DNA of 64,000 nucleotides, from the NCBI GenBank assembly GCA_036676395.1, contig JAKFCY010000002.1:1696001-1760000 (forward strand), read 5' to 3'. This document shows positions 29,222-37,084 of the stretch, piece by piece. Each line of letters opens with the position of its first letter. Positions within the stretch are counted from its first letter, which is position 1. Position numbers and translations under genes: made by a program. This stretch comes from Bdellovibrio sp. (GTDB lineage: Bacteria; Bdellovibrionota; Bdellovibrionia; Bdellovibrionales; Bdellovibrionaceae). The notes beneath the pieces are model-generated. The model was not told the origin of the DNA. It ran no database searches and saw only the letters and a program-made list of their open reading frames with translations.

Positions 29222-29365
29222 ACAGACCTATGTCGGAACCTTGAATGTCAAAATGTAATAATTCTTAAAATGAGACAGTTTCGCAAACTCTAGCTTAATA
29301 AACAGTTAAGTATCTATAACTTTAATGACATTTTGCCTAGGCCAAGTATCTGTTATTGGTTTAGC

Positions 29366-30427
29366 ATGAGAAGCTTTGACCACATAGCAGAACAAACCCT
29401 AAAACACATGCAGCATGGTACAACTGATTGTGGTGATGCGACCACGTCAAACTTGATCACTTCTTATTTAAACCAGTCACAGCACCAACAAGAAATAAAT
29501 TTACTGCGCCACAGACCCATCCCCACCATCGCAGCTTCTGATATTCCTAATCCCGGAGACTATGTCACAAAAGTAATTCGTGATGTGCCGTTAATTATTT
29601 ACCGCAATTCAGAAAAGCAGATCAAAGTTTTTTTAAATGTTTGCCGTCACCGTGGCGCAAAACTGACGGCACAAACTAACAGCCCGAATTGTAAAACGTT
29701 CACCTGCCCTTTTCATGGCTGGAAATACCAGGAAGGTAAAAATCTGGCAGAACTAAAAGCTTATGAGTTTGTCGGTATGATTTGGGTTTTGTTAAGCCCA
29801 CAGTCAGAGTTTTCAATTTTAAAATCGCTATCACCTTTTGAAAATGATTTAAATAACCTTGCGATGGTTCCCCGCTTTGCCATGCCCGAATCTATTTTTC
29901 ACAAGAATTTTAACTGGAAGATCGGCGTTGAAGCTTTTTTAGAAGTGGACCACTTTCCGTTTGCGCATGCGCCACATTTAGAAAATATTCAATATCCGGG
30001 GTTAAGTTTAGCCGATCAATCAGACGAGAACTTTCGCCTCGTAGTCCCCTTAAAAAAACCTGCACCACTTGAATTTATTTTAAACTGGGCCCAGGTCATG
30101 TATTTTGTTTTTCCGAGCAGCTTTTTATTGGTTTACACCGATCATATAGCTCTATTAAGTTTAATTCCGACAAGTATTGATACGACAGAATTTCGCTATG
30201 TTCCTCTGGTGCAACAAGAATCTGATTTAACCTCGTACGCCATTCAAAACAAAGTTGATTTTTTAAAAATTATTTTACAACAGGATTTCGATATTCTTGA
30301 GGACGTGCAAAACGGATTAACTTCCGGTGCGAATACCGAAATGACATTTACCCGCAGTGAACATCTCTTAAATAGTTTTCACAATTCTATATCAAAAACG
30401 TGTGGGGTGATAAACAGCACGTTGTAA
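29366..30427 (+). CDS. Rieske 2Fe-2S oxygenase alpha subunit-like
   Basis: CRHRG and CPFHGW Rieske ligands; NWKIGVEAFLEVDHFPFAH; QQD..I.EDVQ.G. Confidence 0.87.
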   Translation: MRSFDHIAEQTLKHMQHGTTDCGDATTSNLITSYLNQSQHQQEINLLRHRPIPTIAASDIPNPGDYVTKVIRDVPLIIYRNSEKQIKVFLNVCRHRGAKLTAQTNSPNCKTFTCPFHGWKYQEGKNLAELKAYEFVGMIWVLLSPQSEFSILKSLSPFENDLNNLAMVPRFAMPESIFHKNFNWKIGVEAFLEVDHFPFAHAPHLENIQYPGLSLADQSDENFRLVVPLKKPAPLEFILNWAQVMYFVFPSSFLLVYTDHIALLSLIPTSIDTTEFRYVPLVQQESDLTSYAIQNKVDFLKIILQQDFDILEDVQNGLTSGANTEMTFTRSEHLLNSFHNSISKTCGVINSTL

Positions 30428-31642
30428 TTCAGATTTTCCTGAAACGATGAGGTCACTGACTAACTGACCCGTACCTAAACCCGATTGCAGCCCTAACATT
30501 TGATGACCACACGCAAGCATTAGATTATGATAGTTCTTGGCCCACCCGATGATTGGTACGCCATCCGGCGTACAGGGGCGTAAGCCACGCCAAGTTTCGT
30601 GAACTTTGATGCTATCTGGAATATGTAAAAACTCTTTAGCACCATCAAAGATCGCTTTTACCCTGCGATCAGTGATTGAAAAATCCTGATTCACTAATTC
30701 TAAGGTTCCCGCAATGCGTAGAGAATCTTGTCTTGGCGTGATGGCGATTTTTCGATCGACAATCATAATTGGAATTTGTGGTTGTGATTTCAAACGATCT
30801 ACAATCAAGGCATAACCTTTGCCCCCTAATATAGGAACATCTAATGCTAAATCCGAGGCTAAACTTTGTGACCAACTGCCTGCGGCCAGCACAAAAACAT
30901 CGGCATGCATCTCGCCTTTAGAGGTTTGAATAGATTTAATTTTTTTCTTTTGACCATCGGTTGAAAAATTTGCTTTTTTAAATTCAGTGTTCTCTAAAAT
31001 TTTTACACCAAGCTTTTGTGCTTTTTTAGCTAAGGCTTGAACAACTTTTAATGGTTCAGCATGAGCCTCATCAGAAAAATAAACTCCGCCTAATAAATTT
31101 CCTTTTAGAGCTGGTTCAAGTTCTTTGATTTGGTCTGCATTTAGTTTGCGGCCAGGGATATTATATTTTTCAACAAGGTTCATTTCATCAACAGCAGCTT
31201 TTACTCCTACAGGTGTCGCGCTGACCATGAGTAAGCCCTTTTGCTGCATTTCAATTTCTGGATATTCTTGGGCTAATTTTTTATAATCGTTTAAACTTTT
31301 AAGAGAAAGTGTAACTAACGCCTCGATCGCCATTTGTGATTTTTTTTCAGTCATTGATAATAAAAATCGAGTCAACCACTGAGTTAATAAAACACTGGGA
31401 ACAGGTTTGATATACAACGGCCCACTTGGATTCAACATCCACTTCATGGATTTAAGTAGCATCCCGGGCATTGGTAACGGCATCGAAAAACACGGGGTCA
31501 TCCATCCGGCATTACCGTAAGAGCAACCGTAACCCACTTGCTCTTTTTCAATAACGACAACATCAGCTCCAGCCTCTGCTAATTTCACAGCACAAGATAG
31601 ACCAATGATTCCACCGCCAATAACCGTAACACTTTTCTTCAT
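30392..31642 (-). CDS. D-amino acid dehydrogenase (DadA/DAO family)
   Basis: VIGGGIIG, CSYGNAG, GKGY, WRGLRPCTPDG. Confidence 0.85.
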   Translation of the reverse strand: MKKSVTVIGGGIIGLSCAVKLAEAGADVVVIEKEQVGYGCSYGNAGWMTPCFSMPLPMPGMLLKSMKWMLNPSGPLYIKPVPSVLLTQWLTRFLLSMTEKKSQMAIEALVTLSLKSLNDYKKLAQEYPEIEMQQKGLLMVSATPVGVKAAVDEMNLVEKYNIPGRKLNADQIKELEPALKGNLLGGVYFSDEAHAEPLKVVQALAKKAQKLGVKILENTEFKKANFSTDGQKKKIKSIQTSKGEMHADVFVLAAGSWSQSLASDLALDVPILGGKGYALIVDRLKSQPQIPIMIVDRKIAITPRQDSLRIAGTLELVNQDFSITDRRVKAIFDGAKEFLHIPDSIKVHETWRGLRPCTPDGVPIIGWAKNYHNLMLACGHQMLGLQSGLGTGQLVSDLIVSGKSELQRAVYHPTRF

Positions 31643-31699
31643 AAGTCTATATTACGGCTATTGTTTAAATTTGAATATTGAAAAAATAAGATCCTGGCC

Positions 31700-32395
31700 T
31701 TAAAGAGCCCTGCCACCAAAACTTTGTGTATCTAGGCTTAACAAAAACTGATCTAGCTCTTTTTTACGGGGTTCAGCCATTTCTTTGCAGGCTTGTAAGC
31801 TGCATTTATCAGGTAAGGCTTTGGTAAAACTCTTTAAGATATTCACAGTCGGCGTCAAAGTCCCATCTGTTCGCCCAGGCTCTTGGGTAAGAGCTAAAAT
31901 TCTAGCGACTCCGATGGCTCCTAAAAAATCTAGGATATCCGCATCACGAAAAGCTTGGGCTTGCTGAGATTCTGGTTTTGGTCCGTAGTAAGTGTGGCCT
32001 AAAATCATTTCTTTAACTTGCGCAAACTTCTGCATCGGGAACTCCCACTGAGTTAAAAGCGGCTCGATAAGTTCAACTGATTTTACCGCATGATCCACAT
32101 CCGGGCTATCATGCGGGGCAATGCCCCCTAAATCATGCAGAAATGAAGCTACAAATAAGACATCCAGATCAATCACAAAATCTTCTTTGTCAGCTAGCGC
32201 TAGTGAAACTTGGTAGCCTCTTTCAGAATGCGCAAGCCCCCATGAGGGGTGTTTCACGTTAGCTTTTGCATAAGCATAAACTTGCTGTTTCCATTCAGTG
32301 TTTAGAGCAATGCCCGTCGCTGTTTGCGATACGGTATTAGCCATTGCTGCAATTGAGACATTTAACATTAATAGTGTAAAAATAATTTTTCTCAT
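31700..32395 (-). CDS. Exported HD-domain protein
   Basis: Signal peptide; H...HSER, LHDLG, DHA, GH, DADILD; AGGAG SD. Confidence 0.82.
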   Translation of the reverse strand: MRKIIFTLLMLNVSIAAMANTVSQTATGIALNTEWKQQVYAYAKANVKHPSWGLAHSERGYQVSLALADKEDFVIDLDVLFVASFLHDLGGIAPHDSPDVDHAVKSVELIEPLLTQWEFPMQKFAQVKEMILGHTYYGPKPESQQAQAFRDADILDFLGAIGVARILALTQEPGRTDGTLTPTVNILKSFTKALPDKCSLQACKEMAEPRKKELDQFLLSLDTQSFGGRAL

Positions 32396-32489
32396 GGTTA
32401 TTTCTCCTGTAGCCCAATTTACACATAAGAAAAAACCTGCCGTTATACAAAAGATGATCGGGTCAGATAGTGACCCTAATTGTGATCAT

Positions 32490-33164
32490 CTATTCTAAAT
32501 CGTTAAACAGTCTTTTTGTTTTCGGCAAATAATTTATAAACCAATCGCCAGCAAGCTTTGAGACCTGTTCTAATGTACCGGCCTCTTCAAAAAGATGAGT
32601 AGCTCCGGGAATAAGTGTTAATTTTGCATTTTTTAATTCTTGGCGTGCTTCTTCGTTATAAGTAATGACTTGATAATCCCGATCACCAACAAGCAGAAGC
32701 GTAGGCGCCGTGACATCTTTTAAATGCTGCATAGCTAAGTCGGGTCTTCCGCCCCGAGAAACAACGGCGAAAATTTGATCTTTAAGATCTGCAGCGGCCG
32801 ATAACGCAGCACCTGCACCAGTACTGGCTCCGAAGTAGCCGATCGAAAGATTTTTAGCGAAATCTTGTCGCTGTACCCACTTTGTTGCAGCAATAAGTCT
32901 TTTTGCCAAAAATGGAATATCAAATACATTCGTGCGATTTTGCGATTCTTGCTCTGTCAATAAATCAAACAGAAGAGTACCTATGCCAATCTCATTTAAG
33001 CTAGTTGCCACTTGTTGATTACGAGTACTGAAGCGACTGCTTCCGCTTCCGTGCGCAAAGATCACAAAACCATTCAGCGTACTGGAAAGATTTAAAAACC
33101 CTTTTGTTTCAATTCCCTGTTCATTAGGAATTATTACTTTTTTACTCTCAAATTTTTGATTCAC
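32490..33164 (-). CDS. Dienelactone hydrolase-like alpha/beta hydrolase (PRTase-associated type)
   Basis: FAHGSGSSRFS, GYFGASTG, VSRGGRPD, HLFEE; GTG start with GAGG SD. Confidence 0.88.
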   Translation of the reverse strand: MNQKFESKKVIIPNEQGIETKGFLNLSSTLNGFVIFAHGSGSSRFSTRNQQVATSLNEIGIGTLLFDLLTEQESQNRTNVFDIPFLAKRLIAATKWVQRQDFAKNLSIGYFGASTGAGAALSAAADLKDQIFAVVSRGGRPDLAMQHLKDVTAPTLLLVGDRDYQVITYNEEARQELKNAKLTLIPGATHLFEEAGTLEQVSKLAGDWFINYLPKTKRLFNDLE

Positions 33165-33201
33165 TGCACACCTCGGTTAAGAAAATATCAAACAAAAAAA
33201 G

Positions 33202-33263
33202 AGCAGATAACGTGCCATTGCTTAATGGAAAATCTGACTCAAAGTTTTGGTTTTGGTTTTGCA
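33202..33263. promoter_or_regulatory. Back-to-back sigma54-type promoters
   Basis: Minus TGGCACGTTATCTGCT (33202-33217); plus TGGTTTTGGTTTTGCA (33248-33263). Confidence 0.6.
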
Positions 33264-33310
33264 TGGAAAAATCCATTCAGATCGAAAAACATTTTAACCA
33301 GGAGCAACAC

Positions 33311-33817
33311 ATGTTTCGCAGAAATAAAGATTCAGAAAGATTACCAGTAACACGCAGATCAAACCTTTCACCATTTTCAACCTTTTCACCGGACTTTTGG
33401 GAGCCAGCACGCTGGTTCGATGACGTCTTTAGCCGAGACTTATTTCCGAGCACGCAAGAATCCCAATTTTTATCACCAGCTATTGACATTGAAGAATCCG
33501 ATACCGAATATTTAGTAAGCGCAGACTTACCAGGCGTTAAAAAAGAAGACATCAATGTCGAATCATCCGGCAATCAATTAACAATTTCAGCAGAAAGAAA
33601 ATACGAAAAAACCGAAGGTCGCAAACGCGATCGCCAGGAAAGATACTTTGGCGCTTACCAAAGAACCTTCACTCTTCCGTCAGGTGTTAAAGCTGATGAA
33701 ATTCGTGCCGATTTTTCTAATGGCGAGTTAATGGTGCATATTCCAAAAGGCGAACAAAATCGCGCCAAAAAAATTGAGATTGCTGATCAAAAATCATCAG
33801 AACAAGCCAAACATTAA
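33311..33817 (+). CDS. Hsp20 / alpha-crystallin small heat-shock protein
   Basis: ATG 33311 with AGGAG SD; PAIDIEE, ADLPGV, ERYFGAYQRTFTLP, FSNGEL. Confidence 0.92.
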   Translation: MFRRNKDSERLPVTRRSNLSPFSTFSPDFWEPARWFDDVFSRDLFPSTQESQFLSPAIDIEESDTEYLVSADLPGVKKEDINVESSGNQLTISAERKYEKTEGRKRDRQERYFGAYQRTFTLPSGVKADEIRADFSNGELMVHIPKGEQNRAKKIEIADQKSSEQAKH

Positions 33818-33879
33818 AAACTAAATGCGACATACCAGGTAGGTCGAATACAAAGACCTACCCTATTCGAGAGTAATTT

Positions 33880-34446
33880 ATGAAATACTTTATTAAAAGC
33901 AAACCTGTTATTGCTATATTTTTCTTTATTATTGGCGTTGCCGTAACCAGCGCTTACTGGAAACAAAAACCGTTCAGAAATATGCACACAGAAGCTCAGC
34001 TTGGCCCTTCGTTCAATTCAAGTTTTTTTGACGGTTTATTTAACGACGATTTTTTCGGTAAGTCGAAAAATCCGTTCGCAGAAATGCAACGTATGCAAAG
34101 ACAGATGCTTAAAGAATTCAATGAGCCCGATGTTTTTCAAAATTCATTTAATGATTGGTACAAAAATAAATTTGGCGGCGGCAATATTTACGAGTTAACA
34201 CAGCGAGAAGATGCTCACTATATTTATTATGAAATCCAACTCGAAGGTTTACATCCACAAAAAGTAGATATCGATGTAAAAGACGGACAAGTCTTTATTT
34301 CGGGAAGTGCTGAAGCCACAACTAAAGACAGCTTAGTAGAATCTACTTTTCAAAGATCATTTCCTGTTCCACCCAACGTAGATGCTAATAAACTTAATAT
34401 GGAACAGCTAGAAAGCAAGATTATCATAAAATTTCCGAAACTTTAA
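33880..34446 (+). CDS. Hsp20-family protein with N-terminal membrane anchor/signal
   Basis: Hydrophobic residues ~10-27; C-terminal crystallin-like VDIDVKDGQVFISG, FQRSFPVP, IKFPK. Confidence 0.75.
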   Translation: MKYFIKSKPVIAIFFFIIGVAVTSAYWKQKPFRNMHTEAQLGPSFNSSFFDGLFNDDFFGKSKNPFAEMQRMQRQMLKEFNEPDVFQNSFNDWYKNKFGGGNIYELTQREDAHYIYYEIQLEGLHPQKVDIDVKDGQVFISGSAEATTKDSLVESTFQRSFPVPPNVDANKLNMEQLESKIIIKFPKL

Positions 34447-35762
34447 ACCCCTTGCGGCCAAGTTTCAGGAATATCTTCACGTTTAAATTCTTGTGCAAAA
34501 GGAATTAGTGCCGAAGTGCGGTCTATAAAAATAAATCCGTCGTAGCGTCTGCTTAGCGATGTCGGCACGTAATTACCCAGCCGCTCATAAGCGGGATTAT
34601 AAACAACCCCGATGGCTCTGTGCCCTAGCACTTGAGACAGTGCACCGACTTTGTCGTCATCGTGAAGCCAAACATAAAAAGCATTCTCATGTATTTTTTG
34701 GGCAGCTGCATGAAAGTGAGCTTCATAACTTGCGGGCCGCCCTGGAGGTACAGCCATCTTCTGAGTAGGCCCATCCCAGGCATTTGAAGCAATCACTTCG
34801 CCTTGGTAAGTTCCAAAACCAACAAGTGACACGCGTTCGGCGCCCCACTTTTCGCGCGCAAGACCACCGATATTAACTAGGTTTTCTTTGACCATGTCAG
34901 TCGCCCGGTAATCCCCGATATGAGTGTTATGGGCCCAGACAATGCCTTTGGACTCTGGCCCGAAGCGCTTAAATAATATTTCAAGAGTTTCAATCATGTG
35001 GCGGTCTCTGACATTCCAAGAATCTTCTACACCCAGAATCATAGTGCGGTAATAGTCTTCAGCATTTTTAACAATTCTTGCGTTTTGCTCGGCATCGAAA
35101 AGCTCTTCAAAGTGATCTTTAATATTTTCAACGCGAATTTTTAACATATCGGTAAGAACTTTTACAACTTGCGCTTCACAACCTGCTGGCGAAAATTTTA
35201 AATGGCGTGCATACGCGCGTTCATCTCGCTGAAAGGGCGAAAAACATGCGTAATGCTCACGCGCTTGCCGGGCCAGGCCGGGGTTAACCTTTCGCAGTTG
35301 TTTTATAACTTCGTCGATGGATTCAAATAACGAATACACATCCAGACCGAAAAAACTGGCTTTGTTATCTTTGGATCTTGATTCATTATATGTTTTCATC
35401 CACTGCGCTAATTTCATGACTTCGGTATTAGCCCACATCCAAGTCGGCCAGCGCTTAAAATACCCTAGGGCTTCACGCGCCGTTTCTTTTTTTAACTCAG
35501 AATGAAGAAAACGATTAAGCTCGGCACAGGGCGGCCAATCCCCTTCAACAGCAATAAAATTAAAACCATATTGCGAAATAAGTTCTTCAGAAATCAGACG
35601 TCGCCACTCATAGAATTCTTGGGTGCCGTGACTTGCTTCGCCAAGCATCACCACTTTTGACTGAGAAAATTTAGAAACTAACGCCGACAAATCTCTACGT
35701 TCGTGTAAGGGCTGTGCATTTTCTATGATGACATCTTCAATTGAAGTTATAATTTTATTCAT
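34443..35762 (-). CDS. Erythromycin esterase family protein (Rv2030c-like subgroup)
   Basis: GEASHGT.EFY, IAVEGDWP, WPTWMWAN, WAHNTHIGD, HRAIGVVY; start 35762 because 35780 lies inside the promoter motif. Confidence 0.9.
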   Translation of the reverse strand: MNKIITSIEDVIIENAQPLHERRDLSALVSKFSQSKVVMLGEASHGTQEFYEWRRLISEELISQYGFNFIAVEGDWPPCAELNRFLHSELKKETAREALGYFKRWPTWMWANTEVMKLAQWMKTYNESRSKDNKASFFGLDVYSLFESIDEVIKQLRKVNPGLARQAREHYACFSPFQRDERAYARHLKFSPAGCEAQVVKVLTDMLKIRVENIKDHFEELFDAEQNARIVKNAEDYYRTMILGVEDSWNVRDRHMIETLEILFKRFGPESKGIVWAHNTHIGDYRATDMVKENLVNIGGLAREKWGAERVSLVGFGTYQGEVIASNAWDGPTQKMAVPPGRPASYEAHFHAAAQKIHENAFYVWLHDDDKVGALSQVLGHRAIGVVYNPAYERLGNYVPTSLSRRYDGFIFIDRTSALIPFAQEFKREDIPETWPQGV

Positions 35763-35775
35763 AACGACACTAAAA

Positions 35776-35791
35776 AGCATACCCTATGCCA
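35776..35791 (-). promoter_or_regulatory. Sigma54-type promoter
   Basis: Minus strand TGGCATAGGGTATGCT. Confidence 0.6.
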
Positions 35792-35827
35792 TTACAAAAA
35801 TGGGACAGTTTGACTCAAATGAGTGTC

Positions 35828-35857
35828 TTGAATTTTCTTACTCCTTATTGTTAAAAT
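35828..35857 (+). promoter_or_regulatory. Sigma70-type promoter, probably leaderless
   Basis: TTGAAT-N18-TAAAAT with TGn extension; ATG 35864 is 6 nt after the -10. Confidence 0.55.
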
Positions 35858-35863
35858 GTAATC

Positions 35864-36388
35864 ATGAAAACAATTTATTTTGCTGCCGCCAGCATGGATG
35901 GATATATTGCCGATGAAAACAATTCTTTAGAATGGCTTTTTAAAAATGGCCCAAGCGACACTAGCTTTATTGACCAATTTCTAGAAACTGTGGGTGCCAT
36001 CGCCATGGGAGCTTCAACGTATCAGTGGTTACTTGATAACCTTAAAGGACCTTGGCCCTATAAAGTTCCTTGCCTTGTGTTTACCTATCGAAATTTTAAA
36101 ATGATAGATAATGCTGATGTACGTTTTGCTTCAGGAGAAGTTTTAGCCCAGCATGAAGAACTTAAAAAATTAGCCGGTGATAAAAATATTTGGCTTATGG
36201 GTGGCGGCGACCTGGTTGGCCAATTTTATGACTATGGCCTACTGGACGAAATGCACATACAGACTGTCGCCGTTTTCTTAAATGACGGCAAAAAGCTGTT
36301 CAATCGCAAAACTGAGAATGCTTTTAAGATAAAAGAAATTCGCCAACGAGGCGATACTTGCATTGAAGTCATATATTTAGTTAAATAA
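35864..36388 (+). CDS. Dihydrofolate reductase-like (RibD C-terminal) protein
   Basis: ASMDGYIAD, MGASTY, NIWLMGGG, LLDE. Confidence 0.88.
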   Translation: MKTIYFAAASMDGYIADENNSLEWLFKNGPSDTSFIDQFLETVGAIAMGASTYQWLLDNLKGPWPYKVPCLVFTYRNFKMIDNADVRFASGEVLAQHEELKKLAGDKNIWLMGGGDLVGQFYDYGLLDEMHIQTVAVFLNDGKKLFNRKTENAFKIKEIRQRGDTCIEVIYLVK

Positions 36389-36392
36389 TCTA

Positions 36393-36806
36393 ATGAAAAC
36401 TTACATTGTAATTTTAGTGACGATGATGGGCTCTTTGACTTTTGCAAAACCAACTGAAAATGTAGAAGGTTTTTTAAAAAGCTGTTATCAGAACTATGTA
36501 ATAGCATTTGCATCCACAGCTAAAGATAGCGAAGAAACAGGCGCCAAAATCAGAGAAAAATGTCTTTCAAAAGAATTTAGAAAGTTTTGGTTTAAAACTA
36601 TTTCTAAATCTAACGCAGATGGCCTGTTGATCGCTCAAGAGGCGCCAAAATCTTGGAAAACAAATATCGAGATTAAAGGTTTAGATACAGAAAAAAAATC
36701 AGCTAAAGTCATTTTAGGCAAAAAATCCGAGCAACATTGTTTAGTGATCAACTATATCAACGAACCTGATTTAAAAATTGATTTTGTTTCTAAATGCAAA
36801 CCTTAA
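36393..36806 (+). CDS. Exported hypothetical protein (possibly YbjP/DUF3828-like)
   Basis: Signal peptide; LS..F...ADGLLIAQE...W pattern; four Cys. Confidence 0.6.
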   Translation: MKTYIVILVTMMGSLTFAKPTENVEGFLKSCYQNYVIAFASTAKDSEETGAKIREKCLSKEFRKFWFKTISKSNADGLLIAQEAPKSWKTNIEIKGLDTEKKSAKVILGKKSEQHCLVINYINEPDLKIDFVSKCKP

Positions 36807-37084
36807 TGCGGCTGCTGGTGGCGGTCGCGTGACATTTTTTTATGTAATTTTTTTTGCACCTTAAGCTCGTTTTTTACATCATTTACCCCAACCACATAAT
36901 CTAAGGTTTCGCCGGTCATCTTTTTAACGACATCTTCTTCAACGGCTCCGCTTAAGGTGACCACACCGTCTTTAACTGAAACTTTAATTTCAGAACAATC
37001 GACGTGGGGTGTTTGAGATAAAATATCACAGACATCTTCTTTAATTTTTTTATCGGAGGGATGATGATTTGTTTTAACTTTCAT
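36803..37084 (-). CDS. Single BON-domain protein
   Basis: IKVSVKDGVVTLSGAV, VVGVNDVKNELKV; ATGA coupling to the upstream gene. Confidence 0.88.
   Translation of the reverse strand: MKVKTNHHPSDKKIKEDVCDILSQTPHVDCSEIKVSVKDGVVTLSGAVEEDVVKKMTGETLDYVVGVNDVKNELKVQKKLHKKMSRDRHQQPH

Noticed and set aside
34443..35762. Macrolide resistance gene
   Set aside because: Motifs fit the broad Rv2030c-like esterase subgroup rather than EreA/EreB; there is no resistance context.
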